Shown here: positions 18,912-30,120 of the stretch, one piece after another
Position numbering within the stretch: the stretch's first letter is position 1
How the letters are laid out: every line of letters begins with the position of its first letter
Assembly: GCA_943788985.1 (NCBI GenBank)
Contig: CALSSJ010000017.1
Coordinates: forward strand, 1-64,000
From: an uncultured Lentisphaerales bacterium
GTDB taxonomy: Bacteria > Verrucomicrobiota > Lentisphaeria > JABSQK01 > UBA12247
Length of the DNA stretch: 64,000 nt
Direction: 5' to 3'
The notes under the pieces: model-generated
What the model saw: the letters and a program-made list of their open reading frames with translations, nothing else
Told to the model about the DNA's origin: nothing
Databases searched by the model: none
Translations under genes and position numbers: made by a program

Positions 18912-19817
18912 GTGAAGAAAACAAACAAGTTCAGGCAGTTGGTATGTCGGCAATTGCCAATTGTCACGCCCGGTGGCAAGCGACATACTTGGCAGTTCAC
19001 GTTGATCGAACTATTGGTGGTGATTGCGATCATCGCGATTTTGGCGTCGTTGCTGCTGCCTACATTGGCAAATGCCAGAAGCTCGGCCAGAAGTGCCACG
19101 TGCACGAACAACTTGAAACAGATTGGGCTGTCGAGTGCGTCCTATGCGGGCGATGAGGACGGCTATCTGCCGCGTATTGCACACATCGCTGGCGGCGGCT
19201 GGTCAACACCATTCTGGTCTCGTACGTTGCTACAGGGCGGGTACCTGCCGACGCCGAATGCGGGAGACGCCAGTGTGATGACATGTCCGTCCGCAACTCC
19301 ACCCGGCTGGAGCGGCGAGACGTGGGTGTATGGCGGAACGGCATTTGACAATGCTGTGATTTCGGGATGGCAGAAGTTGTTCGCAGACGGCAACGGCGGC
19401 TGGTATCTGCCCAAGATGATCGAACCTGTCGCGCAAGACCTGTTCATCGACAGCATTTACCCGCCCAACGGCAACCAGATCTACGTGGTTCGAGTCATCA
19501 CGGCCGCTGCGGCCCAGAAGGCCAATCCCATCCATCGTAGCTTGTGCAATGTATTGTTCGCGGACAGCCATGTGGATTCTTTGAGCCGAGACGAACTCGC
19601 AGAACCAGGAAAATTGGGCGGCGGGAGCAATCTGGCCATAGCGTGTGTATTCCGGTCGATACCCGGGCTGTGTAAGCTTGGCAAAAACCGTGCTCCTGAA
19701 GACGGGCCGCCAACTAGCACGTCTGTCAGACTTACGGCGATCTTGGGCGAAAATCGGAGCGAATCGATCAGGTTTACAGCCGATCATCCTAAGTCCGACA
19801 GGCTGCTAGCACGTTGA
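18912..19817 (+). CDS. Prepilin-type N-terminal methylation / DUF1559-like protein with H-X9-DG-type C-terminal motif (start and 3' end uncertain)
   Basis: [36 protein letters not shown]9-DS in [14 protein letters not shown]; reading frame runs on through a MITE-like element. Confidence 0.8.
   Translation: MKKTNKFRQLVCRQLPIVTPGGKRHTWQFTLIELLVVIAIIAILASLLLPTLANARSSARSATCTNNLKQIGLSSASYAGDEDGYLPRIAHIAGGGWSTPFWSRTLLQGGYLPTPNAGDASVMTCPSATPPGWSGETWVYGGTAFDNAVISGWQKLFADGNGGWYLPKMIEPVAQDLFIDSIYPPNGNQIYVVRVITAAAAQKANPIHRSLCNVLFADSHVDSLSRDELAEPGKLGGGSNLAIACVFRSIPGLCKLGKNRAPEDGPPTSTSVRLTAILGENRSESIRFTADHPKSDRLLAR
19714..19809. mobile_element. MITE-like element with terminal inverted repeats bounded by CTAG
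   Basis: CTAGCACGTCTGTCAGACTTA ... TAAGTCCGACAGGCTGCTAG, imperfect inverted repeat of about 20 bp with further internal pairing. Confidence 0.65.
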
Positions 19818-20874
19818 GCTGCCGAAGTCAGTTTTTTACTTTCGGCAACGGGGGTAAAAGCTTTGCGATCAAAGGGGCGCCAATGAAAGCTGGTATTGGG
19901 ACGGTTGATCAAGTCTAGGTATCCCTCCAATGCCTCCGCAGTCCAACCCGGATTCTTCTTGCCGCCAGTTTTGGGTTTGCCAAGCTGCTCCAGAAAATGA
20001 GAAGCAGTGGGTCTCTCGCTTGCGAGTCCCCGCTCGGGGACTTGGCCGCCAGCGGTCCACAGAATGGCATTGAGCATGAGTTTTCGCAGGTTGTCGTTTG
20101 CCCAATTGAAATGATAATGGCCACCGGTGTAGGAAAATGCCCGGCCCCCAGCCGGTCTATCGAAACACCAGGCGATGGTCTGATCATCGCCACGTTTGAT
20201 GGACTCGTTGGCCATGGCCGAACTTGCACGCGTGCGAAATCCAGGCTCAGGGATCGCCGTGAGAACATCAGCGATTCCGGTCTTGTCACCGCTATGCCAG
20301 TGCATGTGAAAGTAACATTCGTCATAGAGCTGGAAGGGCTTTACACCAGAAGAGATGGGATGTTTGGCAAGCTTAAAGCTTTGGCGCCAATCCGTGGAAT
20401 GTACGGAAAACCCGTTTTCCATGTTGCCGCCAAAGAGTTCTCGGTGGCGCTCTTGATCCTGTTTGTCGCTCCCGGTTGCCCAATGAATCCGGAGCACCCC
20501 CTTGCCGGCATTCATGAATGCCTCCACAGCATCAAGACGCTCCGGCCCCTTCAGCAGGCTGCGTTGCCAGCCGTCGGAATAGACCACGCAGGTAGTCGCC
20601 CATCGCCAAGTCCTCGGCGCTTGGCCACGTTTCTCGCACGATCCGGGCGGCCACATTTCCCGCCATCGCGTCCTGCAACGCCCTTCGCCAAGAGATCAAC
20701 GCCCGCATTGTGGTCATGCTGGCCCCAGCCGTGGGTATCGGGACCAGCCACAAACAAAACTTGCACCGGAGAGTTTGTCGAGGTGGGGCTGCCCCCAAAG
20801 GACGTGGCAACGATCACAAGTGAGAGTGCTAACGCATAGTGCCAAAAGCACGTGCCTGTTCCATTTGACGGCAT
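19784..20874 (-). CDS. ThuA-like secreted protein with two +1 frameshifts (sequencing error or pseudogene)
   Basis: [24 protein letters not shown] / [17 protein letters not shown] / [47 protein letters not shown]; extra base in runs at 20681-20683 and 20599-20601. Confidence 0.75.
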
Positions 20875-21880
20875 CGATCGAATTCCCTTTCTTCGGCGTT
20901 GCAGGAGTTGGTAACACTCCAGTGAGAATCGCGAGATGCAAGGATTCGAAAGCCACAAGAACTTGTCCTGCGTGCACATTGCCTGGACGCCTCGGGCTCA
21001 GCTCACGAGAAACCCGATCGCACCTTCCTAAGAGAGTTTCTTACATTTGCGTGCGATCCTTCGTATAACGATAGGAACGCCAGCGTCTCCAAATCCTCCC
21101 CCAGACTCTCAATGTCCGCCTCTCGCCAAGATTGGCTCCATTTATTATCGCCCTTCTGCTCCTGCTGCAGACGGACTGCAGTTGGCTCTATGACTCTACT
21201 GCCGACGTAGAATTGCAGATAGACAAGAGGGCAAAGGCGATATGTAATCCGAAATGGGGCGACCTGAAGGGAGTTCTTTACCGTGACCTGAGGCTACCAG
21301 ACCCATACCCGAAAAAGCACGCAGAAGGGCAAGGGGGCCAGTAGCTTCAAGCGCTCATTGGACGCACTACCCGACGGCCGCATCTCTTTTCCTACAAAAG
21401 TTCACTCCGTAGATGAAGGCACAGAGGGAATCCGGGCCTTCGGGACGATGCGGCTGCGCATACGCTGCGGCGCAGGCCACACGAGGTGCCACAGGGCGGT
21501 GCTCGGCCATGGCGCATAATCGAGTATGTCGAACTCACGGAGAAGCCAGGCAAACTCTATGGGACCGGGAACTGACGACTAGCATTTTTCAGAGTAACTT
21601 ACGATTCACTACACTAACACCACAGGTAAACATACCAGCGTGGGCACTGGGATGAGACCAAGACGGACGATTAGTTGGTAAAGAGGAAGAGGAAGCGGCG
21701 GCTCACCTTCCGAGGGCGTGGCCTATCTGCTGAGCTACATCGCCCTCACCTTTCTGACGCCAATCTTGCTGTTGACCGCCGCTCGTGCTGGCAGTTTTGT
21801 GCTCCCGCTCTGAGTGCCCAGCAGAGCCTTTCGTTAGGTCTTGGCGAATTCTCCGTTGGGAATCGTTTCAACTGCGAGCG

Positions 21881-22506
21881 CTATTGTGGCTCACGAACAA
21901 TCGCCTGAACCGCAGCTCGCACATGATCGCGTCTCACCTCGATCTCTCGGAGGCTGCCAGCAGGTCGCGCTGAAACAGAGCGCCCAGCGTATACCCGTTC
22001 GACAGGTAGAAATAGCCTAGCCCAGCAATACTGACATAGAGCTGCGTCGCATCGAGCCCGGCCCGCACAGTTCCCGCCTTTTGCCCTTTATCTAACAGCT
22101 GCGCAATCTGGCGGATCAAATCTGCGGTCAGGTCGCCACGGGGCCCGGTTTCGGCCGAAGGCTGCGACTGCGTCAGATTGGCATCGTTCAGAATGCGGAT
22201 GAACTCGGGCCGCTGGACAAAGAAGTCAAAGGTTCGATCCGCCAGCTCCACGAGGGCATCCACGGGGTTGGCCTCGTCGAGTTCGATAGCGAGCTCGTGT
22301 TGCCGCATTTCCGTGTACAGCGCCGTCAGTACTTCCTGGTAGAGCCCATCCTTGCTCCCGAAGTAGTGATAGATCATGCGCTTATTGCAGCCGGATTCCT
22401 CAGCAATGCGATCGATACGCGCTCCCCCGAGCCCAGCACCGGCAAACTCCTTCACGGCTGCGTCGAGAATATTCTTGCGCGTCTTCTCAGGATTCCGTTT
22501 GGCCAT
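21881..22506 (-). CDS. TetR family regulator (RutR-like C-terminus); frameshift near 21946
   Basis: ILDAAVKEFA..G..GARIDRIA....NKRMIYHYFGSK..GLGYFYLSN.YTL; the natural tail EIEVRRDHVRAAVQAIVREPQ* lies in another frame ending at 21881. Confidence 0.85.
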
Positions 22507-23578
22507 GTGCGTCCTAGCTGTGAGTGAGTTCGTTCCGGGATCCCCGAAGATACGCCAAGCGTGCTCACCATTCAAGGAAAGTTTACAACTGCCCATCATC
22601 GTCCCGTGCTCAACTCGCCCCACCAACGGATTTTCATCCTACGCGGAAAGTTCGAAAAAGACCGGTTTATCCTGTTGCATACGAGCGTCTTACCATGCAT
22701 CGATCTCTGCCTCGGAGTCCGTAGCCTTTGGGCCAGTCAGGCTGATTTCTCGCCGTTGTCGCTCAACCGCAATGGCCAGTGCTTATCCAATGCGAGCGCT
22801 CGAAATGCCCTCAACTAACTGCTAATGCAGTGCGGCGGCCGCCTCGGCGCTTGCCCCAAGCCGCGCCGACTTGGTGCAATTTGAACTTTGGAGAGAAGGC
22901 CATTACGGGCTTCTGGCGGCAATTCGCGAACTGGTTAGCACTTCAAGCTCGTCAGGTGTACAGCCGGCTGTAGCCAAGAGCCAACACTCCGCTTTGCGGG
23001 CAGCGCGGCGCCACTCGCTTTAGCGATCCGCATAGTCACGATGCAACAAGCCCAGCACATTAATGGTCTCCGCAACCCACGGTCCAGAGAACGGCACAGT
23101 ATTCAGGCGGGTCTCGTGGTACTCCAACGCACCTTCGGCGTTCTGCGTCTGAAGAATTGCCAGCAGTGGATCGCCCGTCGGCGGTTTCGCTACCGGGGGC
23201 CGGATCTGAGAATAGTTGACGGCCGAGCCCCGTTTGGAGTTAACCGCTAAAGTTGTGTCCCAGGCGGGCTGTGGCATATCTCCCCTGAAAAAGATGCCGG
23301 AAAACGAGGCGGCCGGCGTGCGCAATTCGTTGCCCATCGGGCACTTAATCTCGCCACACCACGACTTCCATACTGCATGTGGCACACCTGAAGTTGTGAA
23401 GGTTGGACGTGCACCTTTGCAGAGCTACTCTTTCTCTCGGTCCGAGCGCCGCAGGCACAGCAGAAGCAAGCGTGCTCGTAGCGCGTACCTGATTCGCTAG
23501 AGCTAGGAACGGGTTACGAATTTCACCAAACGAACGTAACTTCCCCTTCCCTACACACAGTCTCATGAGACACCCCAG

Positions 23579-25015
23579 ATGCTAAAACGATTCCTTACCC
23601 TTTCCTTGCTTACTCTGGCCAGCCTGGCAGCCGCCGCCGAGCGCCCCAACTTTGTCTTTTTCCTGGCTGATGACGTCTCCGCCGAAGACATTGGCTGCTA
23701 CGGAAATGCTGCCCTAAAGACCCCCAACATTGACCGCCTAGCGGCCGCTGGCCTCCGCTTCACGAATGCCTATTTGACGATCAGCAGTTGTAGCCCCAGC
23801 CGTTGCAGCATGATCACCGGGCGCTACCCCCACAACACCGGCGCACCAGAATTGCACACCAGCCTCCCTCCAGGCTCCGTCCTCTATCCGAAGTTTCTCA
23901 AAGATGCCGGCTACTTCACCGTCTTGTCCGGCAAACATCACATGGGTAAAGTGGCAAACGCTGCGTTCTCCAAGATCACCAAAGGTGGCGGCCCAGGCTC
24001 CGAAGAAGACTGGGTGCAGAATCTCAAGACCAGGCCCAAGGGCCAGCCTTTCTTCTTTTGGTATGCCTCAACAGACGCGCATCGTGCGTGGACGGGGGCT
24101 AGCAAGAACCTACGGCACTACAAGCCAGAGGAAGTCACCGTCCCGCCCTATCTGGTCGACGGTCCCAAGACTCGCGCCGACCTCTGTGGCTACTATCACG
24201 AAGTAAGCCGCTTCGATCACTTCGTCGGCCTGGTCGTCGCGGAACTCAAGAGCCAAGGCGTGCTGGAGAATACTGTCATCATCGTCACCGCAGACAACGG
24301 TCGTCCCTTCCCCCGCGCAAAAACCCGACTCTACGACAGTGGCGTCAAGCCGCCGTTCGTCGTCCACGCCCCGCAAACCGCTGCCCGAGGCGTAACCAGC
24401 AGTCTGGTCAGCAGCATCGACATCTCGGCTACTGTGCTGGAACTGGCCGGCCTTCCTGTCGATCAGCGCATCCAGGGGGTTAGTTTTGCCCCTATTCTCG
24501 CGGATTCGGCTGCGGTCGTGCGCGAGGTCGTATTTGCCGAGCACAACTGGCATGTCTACAGCAATCACGAGCGCATGGTCCGCTTTGGCGACTGGCTCTA
24601 TATTCGCAACAACATGCCTGACCAGCAAAACCTCTGCTTGGAAGCCCTGAACCCGGACTCGGGCAAGGAACTTGTCGCGGCACATCGGGCAGGCACACTC
24701 ACTCCGGCACAGCTGAACATCTTCTGGAACCCCTGTCCAGAAGAAGAACTATACCGGGTGAGTACCGACCCTGACCAACTGCGGAATCTCGCCAGCAATC
24801 CTGAGAATCAGCCACTGCTGGGCCGCATGCGCGCGGCGCTATCAGACTGGAAAGAACAGACCGGAGACTCCATCCCCAGCAAGCCAACGCCGGACCGCGA
24901 TGCCAGACCCGGGGCCCCTAGAAAGGATCGCAAATCCTTCAAGCGCGGGGAAATGCCCGGCGACGCCACCAACGCCACCTCCATTAATCACCCAGGGCCC
25001 ATACGCCTCCGCTGA
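23579..25015 (+). CDS. Formylglycine-dependent sulfatase (S1), secreted
   Basis: Signal peptide; RPNFVFFLADD, CSPSR, TGRYPH, GKHH, ADNG, EELY...DP....NL. Confidence 0.93.
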   Translation: MLKRFLTLSLLTLASLAAAAERPNFVFFLADDVSAEDIGCYGNAALKTPNIDRLAAAGLRFTNAYLTISSCSPSRCSMITGRYPHNTGAPELHTSLPPGSVLYPKFLKDAGYFTVLSGKHHMGKVANAAFSKITKGGGPGSEEDWVQNLKTRPKGQPFFFWYASTDAHRAWTGASKNLRHYKPEEVTVPPYLVDGPKTRADLCGYYHEVSRFDHFVGLVVAELKSQGVLENTVIIVTADNGRPFPRAKTRLYDSGVKPPFVVHAPQTAARGVTSSLVSSIDISATVLELAGLPVDQRIQGVSFAPILADSAAVVREVVFAEHNWHVYSNHERMVRFGDWLYIRNNMPDQQNLCLEALNPDSGKELVAAHRAGTLTPAQLNIFWNPCPEEELYRVSTDPDQLRNLASNPENQPLLGRMRAALSDWKEQTGDSIPSKPTPDRDARPGAPRKDRKSFKRGEMPGDATNATSINHPGPIRLR

Positions 25016-25109
25016 CCCAGCGAGCAGGCAACAATGCCGGGACCACATATGGTATCGTTTTTACTCGGTTTAATTGACTGCCCAGCCCCCGGGCTATTGG
25101 AGAACAGAA

Positions 25110-26183
25110 ATGGACGCACTCGTGCTGGCGCCTTTATTGCGCGGACTGACTTTCAACGGTGAAAAGGGCGATATCGTCGTTTTTAAGGAAGAGCTAGAGA
25201 CCGCGGATCTCACATGTGCCGCCGCTGACCTGACTACAGCATTTACCTCAGGCACGCGTTCGGTCAAGATCGCTGGCGTCGGCGGTTTCCTGCTAGGCGA
25301 AGACTACGATGACGCCGTGCAGGGCACAGCGACCGCCACCAAACTTACCGGCCGCGCGGCCGTGATTCACAACAAGGTCGCTGTCGTGACTGGCGGTGCC
25401 CAGGGCTTTGGCGAAGGAATTGTACGCGAGTTGATCCTGAACGGCGCCCTCGTCTTCATTGCCGACATGAATGTGGACGGTGCCAATAAGCTGGCCGCAG
25501 AACTCAATGAACTGGCCGGCCGCACCGTCGCCTTTGGCGTAGCCGTAAACGTCACCGATGAAGAGTCCGTGAAGGCGATGATCGCTGAAATCGTCCTGAC
25601 CGCGGGCGGAATCGACCTCTTTGTCAGCAACGCTGGCGTACTTAAGGCTGGTAGCGTCAAAGAGCTGTCTCTGCGAGACTTCGAGTTTGTGACCAATGTG
25701 AATTACACCGGATTCTTCCTCTGCACCAAGCACGTCGCTCCGGTCATGGAAGCTATGAACCGGCCAACTGGCAGCTACTTCACCGATATCATTTCCATCA
25801 GCTCCAAGTCCGCGCTTGAAGGCTCGAACAAAAATGGCGCCTACGCTGGGTCCAAGTTTGGCACGGTTGGGCTGGTCCAAAGCTTCGCCAAAGAACTGGT
25901 CACTGATAACACCAAGGTAAATACCGTTTGCCCTGGAAACTTCTTTGACGGGCCGCTGTGGAGCGATCCCGACCGAGGACTGTTCACCCAGTACCTCGCA
26001 GCCGGCAAAGTCCCGGGCGCCACGACCATCGCTGGAGTGAGAGCGTTCTACGAAGCACAGGTCCCCATGAACCGCGGCTGTTTTGGCGACGATGTCACCA
26101 AAGCAATTCTCTACGCTGTGGAGCAGACCTATGAAACCGGCCAGGCCATCCCCGTCACCGGCGGCCAAGTCATGCTGAACTAG
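25110..26183 (+). CDS. SDR oxidoreductase, sorbitol-6-phosphate dehydrogenase-like, with a short N-terminal extension
   Basis: TGGAQGFG, SNAG, SSKS...GS.KNGAYAGSKFG, CPGNFFDGPLW, YETGQAIPVTGGQVM; RBS GGAG at 25099. Confidence 0.85.
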   Translation: MDALVLAPLLRGLTFNGEKGDIVVFKEELETADLTCAAADLTTAFTSGTRSVKIAGVGGFLLGEDYDDAVQGTATATKLTGRAAVIHNKVAVVTGGAQGFGEGIVRELILNGALVFIADMNVDGANKLAAELNELAGRTVAFGVAVNVTDEESVKAMIAEIVLTAGGIDLFVSNAGVLKAGSVKELSLRDFEFVTNVNYTGFFLCTKHVAPVMEAMNRPTGSYFTDIISISSKSALEGSNKNGAYAGSKFGTVGLVQSFAKELVTDNTKVNTVCPGNFFDGPLWSDPDRGLFTQYLAAGKVPGATTIAGVRAFYEAQVPMNRGCFGDDVTKAILYAVEQTYETGQAIPVTGGQVMLN

Positions 26184-26203
26184 GGAACTAGGAAGACCGA
26201 GAG

Positions 26204-26968
26204 ATGAAAGACAAAGTAGCAATCGTGACCGGGGGCGGCTCTGGAATTGGCCAGGCCATCACCAAGACCTTCAGTGAGCGCGGCGCCAGAGTTGTCATCT
26301 TCGATCTCAGCGCCGAAGCTGCGGAAGAGACACTCACACAGGTTCGTGAGGCAGGCGGCAGCGTCAGAAATCGCGTCTGCGATGTCAGCAATCAGCAGAA
26401 CGTAGTAGGCGCCGTGAGCTCGGTAATCGAAGAGTTTGGCTCTGTGGACATCCTCGTAAACAACGCGGGCATTGGCCACATTGGCAGCGTCGAAACCACC
26501 ACCGAAGAAGATCTAGACCGACTCTATGCCGTGAACGTAAAAGGCGTCTACAACTGCCTTCATGCCTGCGTCCCCCAGATGGTCAAGCAGGGAGGCGGAG
26601 CCATCCTCAATCTCGCGTCCATTGCCTCCAAGGTTGGCCTCGCCGATCGCTTCGGCTATTCCATGACCAAAGGCGCGGTCCTGACCATGACCTACTCGGT
26701 GGCGATCGACTACGTGTCACGGAACATTCGCTGTAATTGTGTCTGCCCGGGCCGCGTCCACACGGCATTTGTCGACTCCTACTTGGAGAAAAACTTCCCG
26801 GGCAAAGAGCAGGAGGTGTTCAAAACACTCGCTGCCTATCAACCTATCGGCCGCATGGGCAAGCCGGAAGAGGTAGCCGCGCTCGCCGCCTTCCTTTGCT
26901 CCGACGAAGCCTCATTCATCACCGGCAGTGCTTACGATATAGACGGTGGCGTGACTAATATTCGCTAG
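26204..26968 (+). CDS. SDR oxidoreductase, 2-keto-3-deoxy-L-fuconate dehydrogenase-like
   Basis: TGGGSGIG, NNAG, DRFGYSMTKGAV, RCNCVCPGRVHT.FVD, QPIGRMG. Confidence 0.85.
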   Translation: MKDKVAIVTGGGSGIGQAITKTFSERGARVVIFDLSAEAAEETLTQVREAGGSVRNRVCDVSNQQNVVGAVSSVIEEFGSVDILVNNAGIGHIGSVETTTEEDLDRLYAVNVKGVYNCLHACVPQMVKQGGGAILNLASIASKVGLADRFGYSMTKGAVLTMTYSVAIDYVSRNIRCNCVCPGRVHTAFVDSYLEKNFPGKEQEVFKTLAAYQPIGRMGKPEEVAALAAFLCSDEASFITGSAYDIDGGVTNIR

Positions 26969-27024
26969 CGCCCTGCCCGCTTACTTCACCGTTCAAACGG
27001 CTACTCACTCAGGAGAAGAACCCT

Positions 27025-27885
27025 ATGAAACTGATTCGCTTTGGTGCCCCCGGTACAGAGTCTCCCGGCTTGCAACTTGCTGATGGCAGCCGTATTGATG
27101 CATCCTCCTTTGGCGAGGACTATGCCGAAGCCTTCTTTGCCACCAACGGACTTGCCCGGCTGTCAGCCTGGGCGGCAGAAAATTCAGCCACCGCGCCCCG
27201 CATTGGCGCGGAGGTACGCCTCGGCCCGCCAATTACACGCCCCAGCAAGATCATCTGCATCGGCCTGAATTTCAGCGATCATGCCGCAGAATCCGGCATG
27301 GCCGTCCCCGAGGAGCCTGTCGTATTCTTCAAGGCCAGCAGTTCCCTCGTGGGCCCGAATGACAACCTGATCATTCCCCGCGGCAGCGAGAAGACAGACT
27401 GGGAAGTCGAGTTGGCCGTGGTCATCAGCAAGCGTACTTCCTATGTCACCGAAGCCAATGCCATGGACTACGTAGCCGGCTACGCGTTGCATAATGACTA
27501 CAGCGAACGCGCCTACCAACTTGAACAGGGCGGCCAATGGGTAAAGGGCAAAAGCTGCGACACCTTCGCCCCGCTCGGCCCTTTCCTTGCGACTCAGGAC
27601 GAGATCGAGGACGTCGACAATCTCGACATGTGGCTGACCGTGAACGGCGTGTCCAAGCAGCAGGGCAACACCGACAAGTTCGTCTTCAACATCCCGCAAG
27701 TGATCAGCTATTTGAGCGAATTTATGACGCTGCTCCCCGGGGATGTCATCTCCACTGGCACACCGCCGGGCGTCGGCCTCGGCTTTGACCCGCCACAATA
27801 TCTGAAAGCAGGCGACGTCATCGCGCTGGGTATCACTGGACTCGGCGAATCCAGCCAGACTGCAGTAGCCTGGGGCACGGCGTAA
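27025..27885 (+). CDS. Fumarylacetoacetate hydrolase family protein (2,4-diketo-3-deoxy-sugar-acid hydrolase-like)
   Basis: KIICIGLN, KTDWEVELAV, HNDYSER..Q...GQWVKGKS.DTFAP, TGTPPGVG. Confidence 0.9.
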   Translation: MKLIRFGAPGTESPGLQLADGSRIDASSFGEDYAEAFFATNGLARLSAWAAENSATAPRIGAEVRLGPPITRPSKIICIGLNFSDHAAESGMAVPEEPVVFFKASSSLVGPNDNLIIPRGSEKTDWEVELAVVISKRTSYVTEANAMDYVAGYALHNDYSERAYQLEQGGQWVKGKSCDTFAPLGPFLATQDEIEDVDNLDMWLTVNGVSKQQGNTDKFVFNIPQVISYLSEFMTLLPGDVISTGTPPGVGLGFDPPQYLKAGDVIALGITGLGESSQTAVAWGTA

Positions 27886-27901
27886 GCGCTTCGCCAACAT
27901 C

Positions 27902-28207
27902 ATGCCACACTTACTCCACGCTCTAAAAATCCACCCGGACGACAACGTCGTCGTGGCTGCGGTCCCTTTGAAGAAAGGCCAGCAGATCGAGGTGGCGGAC
28001 CAGTTGCTCATGGTACCCCCCGCAATCTCCCCGATTGGTGCCAAACTCGCCATCGTGCCACTTCCCACTGGCTCCAAGGTGCTCAAGTTTGGCGAGTCAA
28101 TCGGCTCCGCCACTGCGGACATCGCAGTGGGCGACTACATACACACACACAATCTGGCCAGCGACTACATCCCCACGCCGGAGAACGGGACGGTAGTACT
28201 ATGCTAG
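27902..28207 (+). CDS. UxaA/GarD family dehydratase, N-terminal SAF subunit
   Basis: IHPDDNVVVA..G.KLA.....G..VLKFGESIG.AT.DI..G..IHTHNL. Confidence 0.88.
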   Translation: MPHLLHALKIHPDDNVVVAAVPLKKGQQIEVADQLLMVPPAISPIGAKLAIVPLPTGSKVLKFGESIGSATADIAVGDYIHTHNLASDYIPTPENGTVVLC

Positions 28208-29390
28208 GATACCTTCGAGAGGATGGCAGTAAGGGCATTCGCAACATCACCGCCGTCGTCTACCTGGTGGAATGCGCCCACCACGTGGCGCGTGAGATCG
28301 TATTGCCCTTCCGAGACCAGAAACGTCCACTTGATCGGCTTCTCTGGCTGCTATCCCAACGCTCACCGCCTCCACCATCGTTCGCCGCCTGTGCACTCAC
28401 CCGAACGTCGGCGCAGTGCTGCTGGTCTCTCTGGGCTGCGAGAGTTTCATTCGTCGCCCCGTCGAGCAAGCAGTCCGTGACTCGGGCCGCCCCTTGGAGA
28501 CGCTTACCATTCAGCAAGTAGGCGGCACCCGTCAGAGCATTGAACGCGGACGCCAGTGGATCGAGGACACCTTGCCCGTGCTAGCAGCCGTTCCGCGCAT
28601 CGAAATGGCCGTCTCCGACCTCATCATCGGCACCATCTGCGGTGGCTCGGATGCCACCAGCGGCATGACTGCCAATCCCGCCATTGGCGCTGCATTTGAC
28701 CGCTTCATCGATGAAGGAGCCGCCTGCATCTTCGAAGAAACCGGCGAACTCATTGGCTGCGAGCAGTTTCTTTCTCGCCGAGCAGCCACCCCTGAGCTTG
28801 GCCAAGCCATGGTCGACAGCATCCGAAAAGCCGAGCGTTACTATGATACGCTCGGCCACGGCAGCTTCGCCTCTGGCAACTCTCTCGGCGAGTTGACCAC
28901 CCAAGAAGAAAAATCACTCGGTGCGTACTGCAAGAGCGGCACTCGTCCCATTTCCGGCCTGTTGCATCCGGGCGACCAGCCTCCCGGGGGCGGCCTCTAT
29001 TTATTGGATGTGGTACCTGACGGCGAGGTCCGCTATGGCTTCCCCAACATCAACGACAATCTGGAGATCACCGAACTGATCGCCTGCGGCTCACACGTCA
29101 CGTTGTTTGCCACTGGCCGTGGCTCAGTCGTCGGCTCCGCGATCGCCCCAGTCATCAAAATCTGCGGCAATCAGCAGACCTACCATCGCATGAGCGAGGA
29201 CATGGATGTGAACGCTGGCGCGATCCTCGAAGGCACCAGCGACCTCGAAGCCGTCAGCAAACAGATCTACGACCTCACCGTGCACGTCGCCAGCGGGAAG
29301 CCCAGCTGCTCCGAAGCTCTTGGCCACCAGGAATTCTGCGTCACCTACAAGTCCTTTGAGCCACTGGGGCCATCCTGCCTGGCTAGGTAA
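28201..29390 (+). CDS. UxaA/GarD family sugar-acid dehydratase, large subunit (two +1 frameshifts)
   Basis: GYLREDG.KGIRN..VECAHHV; removing one A (28321-28323) and one C (28366-28367) gives [60 protein letters not shown].TGRGS. Confidence 0.85.
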
Positions 29391-29974
29391 AAAGGCCAAA
29401 TTTCAAACGGCCAAAAAAATCTCGGTTAGCGGACCACGAAAAACTGCTCGCAAATCAGAGCATATTACTGGGGAGAGGAAAGGCCGGGTTCATACAGGGA
29501 CGTCTGAGGTCTGGCAGGACAGGCCCAACGGTCCGTTGGCTTTTGCACCGTAAGCTTTCGGCGTTCTGTTCCTTGGGCTGTGGTAAAGGCCCCCACCTAT
29601 GCATTCCCCGACTGCTCGCTCGCCAGAATCAAAAATGAAGAAAATCATTTTTCCCTGCTGTCTTGAACCTGCTCCCCGAGCCACTACCAGACTGTTAGCG
29701 CCTGAGGACTAGTAGGCGCCAACATCATCGCCACCGCCACGCGAGCGCAGTTCAGGCGGCACCATAGAGCCATCTCCACGCACGTTGGCGGAACTAGAAA
29801 GGCCAAAGAACATTATTAACCTGAGTGAAGTCGATGACGACTGGCAGTTTTCTGGGCAGGGCTGGGGCATGGTCCCGAAAACGCTGTTGACTTAGGTCGA
29901 TCCGACTTCCAAAGGAGTATCTCTCGGCGTTTGCCAATAACCACTCGCTGAGCCTGCACTCGGGCGAGCGCTTG

Positions 29975-30093
29975 AACTACCTCTTTGTGACAGGCCATGT
30001 CCTCACACTGGTCCGTAACCATGCGGAAGTGATTGACACCAGCACCACCAACCTGCCCGGCGGCGGCTGGACCCTCAACCTAACGACGACTGA
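29975..30093 (+). pseudogene. C-terminal remnant of a DUF1559/H-X9-DG prepilin-type gene
   Basis: NYLFV(T)GHV, a degenerate NYLFxDGHV, followed by ...PGGGWTLN(P)NDD*. Confidence 0.5.
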
Positions 30094-30120
30094 GCCACTG
30101 CAGCCAGCAGCGCAAAGACG

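Noticed and set aside
21000..21880. Short ORFs and a possible IS630-like end (CTACACTAAC, also near 36690)
   Set aside because: No recognisable family motifs, and the 10-mer match is too short to support a call.
22530..23370. Several 60-150-aa ORFs upstream of TetR
   Set aside because: No coherent motif or RBS; probably unidentifiable debris.
29400..29970. Hairpins (CCAACGGTCCGTTGG; TGTTAGCGCCT..AGGCGCCAACA) as a riboswitch or ncRNA
   Set aside because: No known aptamer consensus recognised and no second copy in the window.
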